Shown here one piece after another: positions 43,582 to 53,722 of a stretch of 64,000 bases of DNA. Each line of letters starts with the position of its first letter. Position 1 is the first letter of the stretch. The stretch covers positions 46,633-110,632 of the forward strand of contig JAZNKG010000011.1 in assembly GCA_045578445.1 (NCBI GenBank), read 5' to 3'. Made by a program: the position numbers and the translations under genes. Origin of the DNA: Alphaproteobacteria bacterium (lineage in GTDB: Bacteria > Pseudomonadota > Alphaproteobacteria > RF32 > CAG-239). The notes beneath the pieces are model-generated. The model did no database searches, had not been told where the DNA came from, and saw only the letters and a list, made by a program, of their open reading frames with translations.

Positions 43582-44316
43582 ATGGAAACAGAAGTTGCTA
43601 CCGAAGTTGTTAACCAACTCTCTATGTGGGATATGGTTTGGTCGTCTGATCTTGTTACAAAAGCTGTTATGATTGGTTTGATTGCAGCATCAGTATGGTC
43701 TTGGGCGATTATTTTTGAAAAATTTAATACATTACGTCAAGTTAAACACTTATCAAAAGTTTTTGAAGAGCGTTTTTGGTCTGGTGGTTCTTTAGATAAA
43801 TTATTTGATTCTATTGGCAACCCACAAGACCCTATGTCTGCAATGTTTGTTGCTGCTATGAAAGAGTGGAGAAGAACAAATATTATGAAATCTAAGACAG
43901 ATAGAGGTCTTAGAGGGGTTTCTTTACAACAACGAATCGAAAAATCGATGATGGTTTCTATGGATAAAGAACTTGATGAATTGGATAATAATTTAGGTTT
44001 TCTAGCATCAACAGGTTCTGTTGCTCCATTGGTTGGTTTGTTTGGTACTGTTTGGGGTATTATTGACTGTTTTAATGCTATTGCGGCTACACAAAGCAAC
44101 TCTTTAACATCTATAGCACCAGGTATTGCAGAAGCTTTATTTACCACCGCTTTTGGTTTGATTGCAGCTATTCCTGCATATGTAGCATATAACATAATAA
44201 CTTCTGATATTGAAAGATATTCTAAAAAATTAGAAAACTTTATGGCTGAATTTTCTAGTATTTTATCTCGTGAAATAGATGATAATGCTATTAGAGCTGA
44301 TTTAGCAGGAGAATAA
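43582..44316 (+). CDS. tolQ: Tol-Pal system protein TolQ (MotA/TolQ/ExbB family)
   Basis: Three TM helices and the conserved C-terminal channel region (GLFGTVWGI…AIAPGIAEALFTTAFGL) are present. Confidence 0.85.
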   Translation: METEVATEVVNQLSMWDMVWSSDLVTKAVMIGLIAASVWSWAIIFEKFNTLRQVKHLSKVFEERFWSGGSLDKLFDSIGNPQDPMSAMFVAAMKEWRRTNIMKSKTDRGLRGVSLQQRIEKSMMVSMDKELDELDNNLGFLASTGSVAPLVGLFGTVWGIIDCFNAIAATQSNSLTSIAPGIAEALFTTAFGLIAAIPAYVAYNIITSDIERYSKKLENFMAEFSSILSREIDDNAIRADLAGE

Positions 44317-44318
44317 TA

Positions 44319-44741
44319 ATGGCTATATATAATGGTCGTATCATAAGACGCAGTAGTCGTCGTAATGCTAATATTAATATGACAAATCTTATGGATGTGA
44401 TGATGGTTTTATTGGTGGTATTTATGGTAGCAGCTCCACTCATGACATCAGGTATTCCATTAGATTTGCCTAAAGTTGGAGGAGGCACACTCAACGGTAA
44501 AGAAACATCTATTAATATTAGTGTTGATAGAGATGGTATATACTATATTGGTCAATCAGAAATTTCTCCAGATACCATTATTGATAAAATTGTTGCAATT
44601 AAAGGCGAAAATAAAGATGTTACAATAACAATTTCTGGAGATACATCTTCTTCTTATGGTAGTGTTATTGGTTTAATGGCTTTATTAAAAGATGCTGGTT
44701 TTAGTAAAGTTGGATTAAAAACAGAAGCTCGTAAAAAATAG
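44319..44741 (+). CDS. tolR: Tol-Pal system protein TolR (ExbD/TolR family)
   Basis: The 140-aa protein has a single TM with the conserved Asp (NMTNLMDVMMVLLVVFMV) and a periplasmic domain. Its start lies 2 nt after the tolQ stop. Confidence 0.85.
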   Translation: MAIYNGRIIRRSSRRNANINMTNLMDVMMVLLVVFMVAAPLMTSGIPLDLPKVGGGTLNGKETSINISVDRDGIYYIGQSEISPDTIIDKIVAIKGENKDVTITISGDTSSSYGSVIGLMALLKDAGFSKVGLKTEARKK

Positions 44742-44750
44742 AGGACATTT

Positions 44751-45770
44751 TTGTTTATGCAGAAAAAGTACGTTTACAGTTCAATAATATTTCATATAGC
44801 CATAGTTTTACTATGCGTTATTGATATATCTTTTTTATCTGGTAAACGTGAATTTGACGAACAACCTCCAATTATCGTTGATTTGAATGATGTAAAAATT
44901 TCTGATATGACAAATATACCCGAGCTTGCTGTTCGTGGTGAAGAAAGAAAAGTAGCTACTCGAAAAGATGAGCCAAATAAAGAGGTGTCTTCAGCAGTAA
45001 CTCCTAAGCAACAAAAAAATAATGAAATTAAAGCACCAGAGCCTGAAGTTATTGAAGAACAAGAAATAAAATCTCCCTCATTGATTGAAGAACCTAAAAT
45101 GGAAGAAAAAACAGATGAGCCTAAAAAAGAATCCAAAAAACCAATAAAAGAGAAGAAAAAACCTGCTCCAATCCCTCAGAAAAAACCACAGGTTAAACCT
45201 AACAAACCCGCACCAAAGAAAAAACCGGAGCCTAAAAAAGACAATAAAACACCGGCTTCTTCAAGTAAAAACAAAAAAACTGTTAAAAATGCAAATCCTT
45301 TGCAAAGCTTAATGAACTCTGTTGATGATTTACAAAAACAAATCGGTGAAGAAAATGCTCCAGCTCAAATTCCTTTTGATGAACCTGTAAATAATATGGG
45401 AATCGAAGGCGGTAATAGTAAAGGTTCTTATTTTAGTGAGCTATCTGTATCTGGTATTGATTTTGTTAAATCAAAAATCCAAGAATCTTGGAAAACCACT
45501 ATTGGTGGTAAAGATGATAGAAATATTGAAGTTGTAATAAATGTTTTACTTACTAAAGAAGGTCTTATCCAAGATGTTAAAATAGAAGATATGCGTAGAT
45601 ATCGTTCTGATACATATTTCCAAGCTCTTGCTGATAGTGCAGAAAGAGCAATTTATATAGCTCAAGATGCTCATGGAGTTTTCAAAGTTTTAGCATCACA
45701 AAATGGTTCTAGCTATAATGATTGGAAAAATATTAGATTTACATTTACACCATTAGGACTAATTAAGTAA
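44751..45770 (+). CDS. tolA: TolA-like cell-envelope protein
   Basis: An N-terminal TM is followed by a long K/P/E-rich linker (KKPAPIPQKKPQVKPNKPAPKKKPEPKK) and a C-terminal TolA/TonB-like domain. The gene lies directly after tolR. Confidence 0.65.
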   Translation: MFMQKKYVYSSIIFHIAIVLLCVIDISFLSGKREFDEQPPIIVDLNDVKISDMTNIPELAVRGEERKVATRKDEPNKEVSSAVTPKQQKNNEIKAPEPEVIEEQEIKSPSLIEEPKMEEKTDEPKKESKKPIKEKKKPAPIPQKKPQVKPNKPAPKKKPEPKKDNKTPASSSKNKKTVKNANPLQSLMNSVDDLQKQIGEENAPAQIPFDEPVNNMGIEGGNSKGSYFSELSVSGIDFVKSKIQESWKTTIGGKDDRNIEVVINVLLTKEGLIQDVKIEDMRRYRSDTYFQALADSAERAIYIAQDAHGVFKVLASQNGSSYNDWKNIRFTFTPLGLIK

Positions 45771-46382
45771 CTATATATTTAATCTATAGCCATTGTTTTC
45801 GGTAATTATAAGCTGGCTTCCACCATCTTCTTCAACCTTTTGACGCAATCTATATATATGTGTTTCTATAGTGTGTGTTGTTACGTCTGCGCTATATCCC
45901 CACACATTTTCTAACAAATTTTCTTTAGTAGAAATTACCCCCGAGTTTTGATATAAATATCTTAACATTTCAACTTCTCGCTCTGTTAGTTTGATTGTTT
46001 TATTTGAAATTGAAGAGGTTATTTCCTTTTTTATTGGATAAAGGCTGTATTCTTTGAATTTTATACATTCTTTGCGGTTAACTTTGGGTAATAAATTTTT
46101 GTTTTTTAAGCTCTCTAATAAATCTTTTAAGATAATTGGCTTCTTTATAACAATATCTGCATATTTTTCGATATCTTTGTCTTTAGAAAAGAGTACAAAA
46201 TATTGCCCTTTTTCTTCTTTTGCTAGTTGTTTTAATTTAGCCTCATCTTCATCTATAAAAATTATAGATTTATCATGTGTTTCATTAATGCTTACACTAT
46301 ATGATGGGACATATTTTTCTATCTGTTGTGCTAAATCTTCTGCAAAAGGAATATTATCAGATATTATACTAATTTCTGTCAT
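45771..46382 (-). CDS. OmpR-family winged-helix regulator with a divergent receiver domain
   Basis: The C-terminal trans_reg_C-type wHTH (LTEREVEMLRYLYQNSGVISTKENLLENVWGY…YRLRQKVE) is clear. The N-terminal domain is receiver-like, but the acidic pocket is SDN rather than DD. Confidence 0.55.
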   Translation of the reverse strand: MTEISIISDNIPFAEDLAQQIEKYVPSYSVSINETHDKSIIFIDEDEAKLKQLAKEEKGQYFVLFSKDKDIEKYADIVIKKPIILKDLLESLKNKNLLPKVNRKECIKFKEYSLYPIKKEITSSISNKTIKLTEREVEMLRYLYQNSGVISTKENLLENVWGYSADVTTHTIETHIYRLRQKVEEDGGSQLIITENNGYRLNI

Positions 46383-47476
46383 AGACTTAACTCCATACCA
46401 AAAATAAAGGCATAGCCTTTGCTGTTATTAAGAATATTATTGTTTTCACCAGCACTTTCAAGATGAGCTGTAGTAAATGAGAAAGTTATGTTTTTATTGT
46501 ATTCATAACTATTAGAAAAGCTAATGATTTTATCTCTATTTTTAGATATATTTGATTTAGAATCGAAATAGCTTAATCCTGTAGTAACAGGTCCTATTGA
46601 ATAGCTTATTCCTACATTATAAGCTTCTCCATCTCTGTATGCATCAAACAATGTATTTTGATTTATAACATATTTGTTATTATCTGATTTTGTTTTTCTA
46701 TATGATGCGCCAATTGTGAATCCTTTTCTATAGATACTTATGCCAGCAGAATATTCCTTATCTGTATTTTCATAATCAGCGAATCCAAGCGAAGCTTCAA
46801 GTTCATAACCTAAAACATCCCAAAAACCATATGAACCTATCACATATCCATCACTATTTTTATATTCAGCTTTTTTAGAAACAAGACCTGATTGACTATA
46901 TATATCAGGAATATAACTCACACCTAAATTTATCCCATAAAAACTTGGTGTTACATAATTTACTTTTAATGATGCGCCATCTGTATTTAAGTATGTAGAA
47001 TTTAGTGTTTTATATGAAGAATTACTATCCTTTTTGTACCAGTTAGGATTATTTATAAAATTGACTATATCTGTATTATTTACTCGATAATTTCCAACAT
47101 TCGGAGCACCTACGGCAAAATTATATGCAACATTTTGAACCTGCCCTATAGATATTTCACCCAAAGGACTTTCTAATACTCCAAAAAACTCTTCTCCCCA
47201 TTTTCCTTGATTATAGTTTTCTACTTCCTTGTTTGTATCAGCCATAACATAACCAATAGCAGAAAGCGTGTAATCTTCATTGATGTTGTAAGATATTTTA
47301 CTATATACATTTAATGAAGAATTTATATTATTATTTTTATATAAACTCTTGTATGGTGAAGAATAGTCCGTATATCCATAATAGTTATTAATATTTATGG
47401 CATATTCTGTGGTTAATGCTTTTGCATTGCTTATTGATGGAGCTATAAGAACAAGAAATATTAGTGCTTTTTTCAT
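46379..47476 (-). CDS. Outer-membrane beta-barrel protein (porin-like)
   Basis: A signal peptide (MKKALIFLVLIAPSISNAKA), abundant Tyr/Gly/Asn alternation and a C-terminal …FIFGMELSL are present. The start is set at the Met preceding the signal peptide. Confidence 0.6.
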   Translation of the reverse strand: MKKALIFLVLIAPSISNAKALTTEYAININNYYGYTDYSSPYKSLYKNNNINSSLNVYSKISYNINEDYTLSAIGYVMADTNKEVENYNQGKWGEEFFGVLESPLGEISIGQVQNVAYNFAVGAPNVGNYRVNNTDIVNFINNPNWYKKDSNSSYKTLNSTYLNTDGASLKVNYVTPSFYGINLGVSYIPDIYSQSGLVSKKAEYKNSDGYVIGSYGFWDVLGYELEASLGFADYENTDKEYSAGISIYRKGFTIGASYRKTKSDNNKYVINQNTLFDAYRDGEAYNVGISYSIGPVTTGLSYFDSKSNISKNRDKIISFSNSYEYNKNITFSFTTAHLESAGENNNILNNSKGYAFIFGMELSL

Positions 47477-47650
47477 AAAATTTTCAGTATCCACAATATT
47501 AAACTTTATGATAATATAAAACTATCTTTTTGTCTTAACAAGAGTTATATTGTTTATAACCTAAAAAAATATGGATAAATATTATGCTTTTTGTTTTAGA
47601 TTAGCATATAAGTGTATTAAATTAATTAAACTAACATGGAGTGAAAGATA

Positions 47651-49180
47651 ATGCAAAAACCTGTAATGTTGCTTATTTTGGACGGATGGGGATATAGAGA
47701 AGAAAAAACTTTGGATAATGCTATTGAACAAGGAAACACACCTAACTGGCATTATTTATTAGATAATTGTCCAAATTGCTTGGTTGAAACATCTGGATAT
47801 GATGTGGGTTTACCAGAAGGTCAAATGGGTAATTCAGAGGTAGGACATACAAACCTTGGTGCTGGACGAGTTGTTATGCAAGATTTACCTAAAATTGATT
47901 TAGCAATAAAAGATAATACTTTAGAAACTATGCCTGTTTTAGTAGATATGATTAAAAAACTAAAAGAATCTAATGGAACTTGTCATTTAATGGGTTTAAT
48001 GTCTCCTGGTGGTGTTCATTCTCATCAAAAACACTTTGAAGCTCTTTGTGAAATATTGAGCAAAAATGGAATTAATGTTAGTGTTCATGCTTTTTTAGAC
48101 GGTAGAGATACTCCTCCTCAATCTGCTTTAGGTTTTGTTGAAGATTTTGAAAATAATATAAAGAATCTAAATAACGTCAAAGTAGCAACAATATCTGGAC
48201 GTTTCTATGCTATGGATAGAGATAAACGATGGGATAGAGTTGAGTTGGCTTATAACAATATAGTATCTGCGACAGGGAATCGTTTTCCTACGTCATCTGA
48301 AGCTATTGCAACATCTTATAAAAATGGTATTACAGATGAATTTGTTGTGCCTGTTGTTATTGGTGATTATAACGGAGCAAAAGATGGCGATGCTGTTTTA
48401 ATGGTAAATTACCGCGCAGATAGAGCTAGAGAAATTCTATATGCTCTTGGAGATAAAGAATTCAACGGTTTTGAAAGAAATAAAGTTATCAACTTTATAG
48501 ACTTGGTTGGTATGACAGAATATTCTGTTGACCACAAACGTTTTATGAAAACAATATTTGAACCAGAATCTCTAACAAATATTTTTGGAGAAGTTGTTGC
48601 TAACCATGGTCTAACACAGCTACGAATCGCAGAAACAGAAAAATATGCTCATGTTACTTTCTTCTTTAATGGCGGTGAAGAAAAAGAATTTAAAGGTGAA
48701 GAAAGAATTCTTATTAACAGCCCTAAAGTTGCAACATATGACCTAAAACCTGAAATGAGCGTTTATGAAGTTACAGAAGCATTAACCGATGTAATAGAAA
48801 AACAAAAATATGATGTTATTATTTGTAATTTTGCTAATGGAGATATGGTTGGTCATACTGGAATTATGGATGCGGCTTTGAAAGCTGTTGAAGCGGTTGA
48901 TGATTGTTTAGGACAAGTAATGAGAGCCATTAAGAGCGTTGATGGTGTATTACTTGTAACTGCAGATCATGGAAATGCTGAAAAAATGGTTGATGAAAAA
49001 ACCGGTGAACCATATACAGCTCACACTGTAGGAAAAGTAAAAGCTGTTCTTTATAATTCTCAAAATTCTATAAAAGGAATGAAAGATGGAAGACTAGCTG
49101 ATATAGCTCCAACACTTTTAGATTTAATGAATATAGAAAAACCATCAGAAATGACTGGTAATTCTTTGATTGTTTCGTAG
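47651..49180 (+). CDS. gpmI: 2,3-bisphosphoglycerate-independent phosphoglycerate mutase
   Basis: The 509-aa protein is conserved along its whole length with GpmI and has the LLILDGWGY N-terminus and metal-binding His/Asp motifs. Confidence 0.9.
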   Translation: MQKPVMLLILDGWGYREEKTLDNAIEQGNTPNWHYLLDNCPNCLVETSGYDVGLPEGQMGNSEVGHTNLGAGRVVMQDLPKIDLAIKDNTLETMPVLVDMIKKLKESNGTCHLMGLMSPGGVHSHQKHFEALCEILSKNGINVSVHAFLDGRDTPPQSALGFVEDFENNIKNLNNVKVATISGRFYAMDRDKRWDRVELAYNNIVSATGNRFPTSSEAIATSYKNGITDEFVVPVVIGDYNGAKDGDAVLMVNYRADRAREILYALGDKEFNGFERNKVINFIDLVGMTEYSVDHKRFMKTIFEPESLTNIFGEVVANHGLTQLRIAETEKYAHVTFFFNGGEEKEFKGEERILINSPKVATYDLKPEMSVYEVTEALTDVIEKQKYDVIICNFANGDMVGHTGIMDAALKAVEAVDDCLGQVMRAIKSVDGVLLVTADHGNAEKMVDEKTGEPYTAHTVGKVKAVLYNSQNSIKGMKDGRLADIAPTLLDLMNIEKPSEMTGNSLIVS

Positions 49181-49186
49181 GAAAAA

Positions 49187-50413
49187 ATGAATAAACGATA
49201 CGTCTTTAGTATAACTTATAGTTTAGTATTTTTATTAAGCCTAATTACTAATTTGGGTTATGCTAAAGATGTATCTGAAAAAGATGTATTAAAAATAGAG
49301 CATGAAGCACAAAAAAAAGAATTAGAATCAAAACAGTTACAAGCTCAAGCAATACAACTCAATCTTGAATTATCTAAAATAGATAAAAATTTAATTTCTC
49401 TAGCAAAAAAGATACAAGACAATGAAGACTTACTTTTTAATTCTGAAAAAAAACAAAAAAAACTTTCTGGCGATTTAGCAAAAAAAGAAAATGATTTTAT
49501 CAAAGAAAATAGGTCTCTTGTTCAAACGGTTGCTTCTTTGCAAAATATGTCTTTAAATCCTTCAGAATCGATTATACTTCAACCTTTATCTCCTGTTGAC
49601 ATCATCAGAAGTGCTATTTTATTAAGAGAGGTTATTCCATATTTAAATGAAACTTCTTCTAAATTAAAAGCTGACTTAGATTATATTTATCAACAAAAAA
49701 AGAATCTAGAAGACACTGTAGCTCTTGCAAAAAAACAATCTTCGGATTTAGAAAAACAACAAAAAGAAATGAAGGATTTACTTAAGAAAAAAACTTCTTT
49801 AAGAAAAAATGTTGAAAAAAAAGGTGCTGAAACAAAAAAAATTGCCGAAAATCTTACATCAAAAGCTAAAGATTTAAGAGAATTATTGGAAGAAATAGAG
49901 CGCCAAAAAGAATTAGCTAGAAAAAAACAAGAAGAAGAGCGTAGAATAGCCTTGGAAAAAGAGAAAAATAAACAAAAGGTTGTTGATGTAAATACGCATA
50001 AAGCGATTAAACAACAAACATCAAAAGGACGTTTTGCTAATGCTAAAGGAACTCTTTCTCAACCTGTTAGAGGTACTTTGATTACAGATTATGGCGAAAT
50101 GATTTCTAATGGAGTTACATCTAAGGGAATCGTTTATAAAACTCGTCCAAACGCTCAAGTTATCGCCCCTTATGATGGAACAGTTATTTTTTCTGGTCCA
50201 TTTAAAGGATATGGTAACCTTATTATTGTAGAACATGGAGATGGTTATCTGTCTTTGTTAGCTGGATTAGGTAATATTGACTGCGAATTAGGTCAAATGT
50301 TGCTTACAGGAGAACCTGTTGGTACAATGCCTGAAACTGCTGGAGCTAAACTTTATGTAGAAATTAGAAAAGACAGACAACCAATAAATCCTGCACCCTG
50401 GATTGCTGGTTAA
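49187..50413 (+). CDS. M23/LytM-domain murein hydrolase activator (EnvC-like)
   Basis: A signal peptide, long coiled coils and a C-terminal LytM domain (…IIVEHGDGYLSLLAGL…) are present. The gene is followed by ctpA, as in many proteobacteria. Confidence 0.8.
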   Translation: MNKRYVFSITYSLVFLLSLITNLGYAKDVSEKDVLKIEHEAQKKELESKQLQAQAIQLNLELSKIDKNLISLAKKIQDNEDLLFNSEKKQKKLSGDLAKKENDFIKENRSLVQTVASLQNMSLNPSESIILQPLSPVDIIRSAILLREVIPYLNETSSKLKADLDYIYQQKKNLEDTVALAKKQSSDLEKQQKEMKDLLKKKTSLRKNVEKKGAETKKIAENLTSKAKDLRELLEEIERQKELARKKQEEERRIALEKEKNKQKVVDVNTHKAIKQQTSKGRFANAKGTLSQPVRGTLITDYGEMISNGVTSKGIVYKTRPNAQVIAPYDGTVIFSGPFKGYGNLIIVEHGDGYLSLLAGLGNIDCELGQMLLTGEPVGTMPETAGAKLYVEIRKDRQPINPAPWIAG

Positions 50414-50434
50414 TTTTATTAGATAGGAAAAGTT

Positions 50435-51724
50435 ATGAAAAAAAGTAAATTATTTTTTATTTCGTTATTAGTAGCTAGTTTATTGAATATAACAAATGTT
50501 AATGCTGCAAAAAAAGAGGAAGCAAATGTTAACACATATGAATTGCTAAATTTGTTTGCAGAAGTAATGGAAAGAGCTAAAATATCTTATGTAGAAGAAG
50601 TTACTGATAAAAAGCTAATTGAATCGGCAATAAATGGAATGTTGACATCTCTAGACCCTCATTCAAGTTATCTAGATGTTGATAGTTTTAACTATATGAA
50701 CGAGCAAACAAAAGGAAAGTTTGGTGGGTTAGGTATAGAGATAACTATGGATAACGGATTAGTAAAAGTTGTTTCTCCGATTGATGATACACCAGCAGCT
50801 AAAGCTGGTATAAAAGCTGGAGATTACATCACTAATATTGATGATGAAACAGTTGTTGGAATGAGTTTAAACGAAGCTGTTAGCAAACTTAGAGGTAAAG
50901 TTGGAACTAAAGTTAAATTATCAATAAGACGTGTAAATTCTAAACCTATTGAACTAACAATAAAACGTCAAGAAATAAAAATTCAATCTGTAAAAAGCGA
51001 AATTAAAAACGATGAAGTAAGCTATATAAGAATATCATCATTTAGTGAAGATATTGACCAAATAATTTCTGAAGAAATTGAAAAAGCTAAAAAGCAATTA
51101 AAAAATAAACTTCTTGGTATTGTGATTGATGTTAGAAACAATCCTGGTGGTCTATTAGACCAAGCTGTTGAGGTTTCTGATTTATTCTTAGAAAAAGGAG
51201 AAATTGTTTCAACTCGCTCTAGAAATGAAAGCGATACAGTTAAATTTATGGCAACAGAAGGCGATATTGCAAAAGATTTACCTATTGTTGTTATGATAAA
51301 TGAAGGTTCAGCTTCAGCTTCTGAAATTTTAGCTGGTGCTTTACAAGACCACAGACGTGCTGTTATCTTGGGTGAAAAATCATTTGGTAAAGGTTCTGTA
51401 CAAACAGTTATTCCTTTAAGAGATTTTGGTGCTATGCGCATTACCACCGCTAGATATTACACACCTTCTGGTCGTTCAATTCAGGCAAAAGGTATTGAAC
51501 CTGATATATTAGTTAAACCTGCAAAGATTGAGGAATTAGAATCGTACGCACTAAATATAAGTGAAGCAGAATTGAACAACGCTTTGAAAAATGATACTTC
51601 AAACGAAAAAGAAGAAAAAGCTAATAAATCTAAAAATAAAGAAGATTTAGCTGATTATCAACTTATCAGAGCTCTTGATTTAGTTAAAGCTTTATCTCTT
51701 TACTCAAAATCTGGTTCTAACTAA
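50435..51724 (+). CDS. ctpA: Carboxy-terminal processing protease (S41)
   Basis: A PDZ domain (GLGIEITMDNGLVKVVSP) and the S41 catalytic region (GSASASEILAGALQD…GEKSFGKGSVQ) are present. Confidence 0.9.
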   Translation: MKKSKLFFISLLVASLLNITNVNAAKKEEANVNTYELLNLFAEVMERAKISYVEEVTDKKLIESAINGMLTSLDPHSSYLDVDSFNYMNEQTKGKFGGLGIEITMDNGLVKVVSPIDDTPAAKAGIKAGDYITNIDDETVVGMSLNEAVSKLRGKVGTKVKLSIRRVNSKPIELTIKRQEIKIQSVKSEIKNDEVSYIRISSFSEDIDQIISEEIEKAKKQLKNKLLGIVIDVRNNPGGLLDQAVEVSDLFLEKGEIVSTRSRNESDTVKFMATEGDIAKDLPIVVMINEGSASASEILAGALQDHRRAVILGEKSFGKGSVQTVIPLRDFGAMRITTARYYTPSGRSIQAKGIEPDILVKPAKIEELESYALNISEAELNNALKNDTSNEKEEKANKSKNKEDLADYQLIRALDLVKALSLYSKSGSN

Positions 51725-51735
51725 GGGGTGCTGTT

Positions 51736-52224
51736 TTGACTAAAAAATATAGACCTTGCGCTGGAGCAGTTGTCTTTAATAATAAAGGACAAGTGCTCCT
51801 TGGAGCTAGAATAGAATCTAATACTGATGACTGGCAATTTCCTCAGGGTGGTATAGAAAAAAATGAAAAGCCACTCCAAGCTGCTAAAAGAGAACTTTTT
51901 GAAGAAATGAATGTATCCTCTATAGAATTTGTAGCTATAGATAAAAGACCAATGGTTTATGAATTTCCTGATAATGTAAAAAATAAATTTAAAAAGAAAG
52001 GGATTTATTTTGATGGTCAGGAAATATATTTTGCTCTTTTCTTTTTTACGGGCTTTGATGAAGAAATCTCAGTAAAAACAAAAACACCCGAGTTTAAAAA
52101 ATATGCATGGAAAGATTTAAACTTTGCCGTTAACAGTGTTATTGATTTTAAAAAAGACGTATACAAAAATTTAGCTAAAAACTTTATACCTTTAATTGAG
52201 CAATATCTAAAAAATGCCTCTTGA
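51736..52224 (+). CDS. rppH: NUDIX hydrolase (RNA pyrophosphohydrolase RppH-like)
   Basis: The Nudix box GGIEKNEKPLQAAKRELFEEMN is present. Confidence 0.8.
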   Translation: MTKKYRPCAGAVVFNNKGQVLLGARIESNTDDWQFPQGGIEKNEKPLQAAKRELFEEMNVSSIEFVAIDKRPMVYEFPDNVKNKFKKKGIYFDGQEIYFALFFFTGFDEEISVKTKTPEFKKYAWKDLNFAVNSVIDFKKDVYKNLAKNFIPLIEQYLKNAS

Positions 52225-52277
52225 TATTTGAATAACTTTAGCTTAAATTTATTTTATATATTTAGGATGGAGCAATA

Positions 52278-52724
52278 ATGAATAACTTACCTGAAATAAA
52301 AGACATACATATTCCTGATGCTGTGTCAGTATTTCCTCTTGCTTATGGCTGGTGGGTTATTATTGCCTTTATAATCGCTTTATTCTTTTTGATAAAAATA
52401 GTGTTGTTTATCATCAAAACAAGTAAAAAGCATTATGCTTTAAAAGAATTAAAGTCTATAGATGTTTCAAACGGAGTTGATGCTGTTATAAATATATCTA
52501 ACTTACTAAGAAGAATTTGTATTGTAAAATACCCTGAAGCATCTTCTTTATACGGAAAGGATTGGGTGGAATTTTTAACAAAAAAAAATATACCTATATC
52601 TAAAGATGCTGCCAGTTTATTGATATATGCTCCATTTATGGATAAGAATACTAAAAAATATAAAATAAAAACTATTGAAGAGATTAAAGATTTTTGCAAA
52701 AAATGGATTGGAGACAATCTATGA
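52278..52724 (+). CDS. Small membrane protein preceding batA (DUF4381-like position)
   Basis: The 148-aa protein has one TM helix. Its end overlaps the batA start. Confidence 0.45.
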   Translation: MNNLPEIKDIHIPDAVSVFPLAYGWWVIIAFIIALFFLIKIVLFIIKTSKKHYALKELKSIDVSNGVDAVINISNLLRRICIVKYPEASSLYGKDWVEFLTKKNIPISKDAASLLIYAPFMDKNTKKYKIKTIEEIKDFCKKWIGDNL

Positions 52725-53722
52725 ATAAATTTGAATATCCTGAAATGTTTTGGCTGCTAATTCTTCCTTTCTTCTTTTATATTATATTACCTAAAGTTAA
52801 AGGATTGCATGGTGATGCGATAAGAGTGCCTTTTATTGATGATATAAAAAATATAAAAGCTTCTGTAAAAAATAAATATTACTCTACTATAGGTAAGAGT
52901 GTGTTATTTTCTATAAAATTTGTTTATCTGTTTATATTGTGGATTTTATTAGTAATCGCTTCAGCTCGTCCACAATATGTAGGCGAGCCATTTAGGCTAA
53001 AAACCGATAATAGAGATATAATGATGGTTATTGATATTTCTACATCAATGCTTCAACCTGATTTTCATTTATCTGGAAGAAGTATTGATAGATTATCAGC
53101 AGTAAAGCTTGTTGTAAGTGATTTTATTAAAAACAGAACAGAAGACCGGCTAGGCTTGATATTATTTGCAACCAGAGCTTATTTACAATCACCTTTAACA
53201 TTTGATAAGCAAGCTATTATGGATATTTTGCTTAGCGCAGATGCTGGTATGGCTGGTAATTCAACATCCATTGGCGACGCTTTAGGTTTAGCATTAAAAA
53301 ATATAAAAAATGAAAAAGATAAAAAGAATAAAGTTATTATTTTACTTACTGATGGAGAGCATAACGATGGTGCCTTATCTATGGCAGAAGCTATTGATTT
53401 AGCTCAAAAAGAAGGTATAAAAATATATACTATAGGCGTTGGTGCTGATGAAAGCTTTTTTGGTGGTTTAATAAAGTTTGCTCGTTCTGGTCTTGATGAA
53501 GCTAGTTTAAGAGAAGTTGCAGACAAGACAAAAGGAACTTATTTTAGAGCAAAGGATTTATCTAGTTTGAGAGAAGTTTATAAAAACATTAATCAACTAG
53601 AACCACAAAACAATGAAGGTAATATTATTCAAGAAAAGAAAGAGTTGTTTTATATTCCTTTAGCATTAGCTTTAATATTATCTGTATTTTTGTTGTTTAT
53701 ACCAAGGAGTTATTTGAAATGA
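52721..53722 (+). CDS. batA: vWA-domain membrane protein BatA
   Basis: Two N-terminal TMs and a vWA domain with a MIDAS motif (MMVIDISTSM…LTDGEHNDG) are present. The start is the ATG at 52721 with a GGAG RBS. Confidence 0.75.
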   Translation: MNKFEYPEMFWLLILPFFFYIILPKVKGLHGDAIRVPFIDDIKNIKASVKNKYYSTIGKSVLFSIKFVYLFILWILLVIASARPQYVGEPFRLKTDNRDIMMVIDISTSMLQPDFHLSGRSIDRLSAVKLVVSDFIKNRTEDRLGLILFATRAYLQSPLTFDKQAIMDILLSADAGMAGNSTSIGDALGLALKNIKNEKDKKNKVIILLTDGEHNDGALSMAEAIDLAQKEGIKIYTIGVGADESFFGGLIKFARSGLDEASLREVADKTKGTYFRAKDLSSLREVYKNINQLEPQNNEGNIIQEKKELFYIPLALALILSVFLLFIPRSYLK

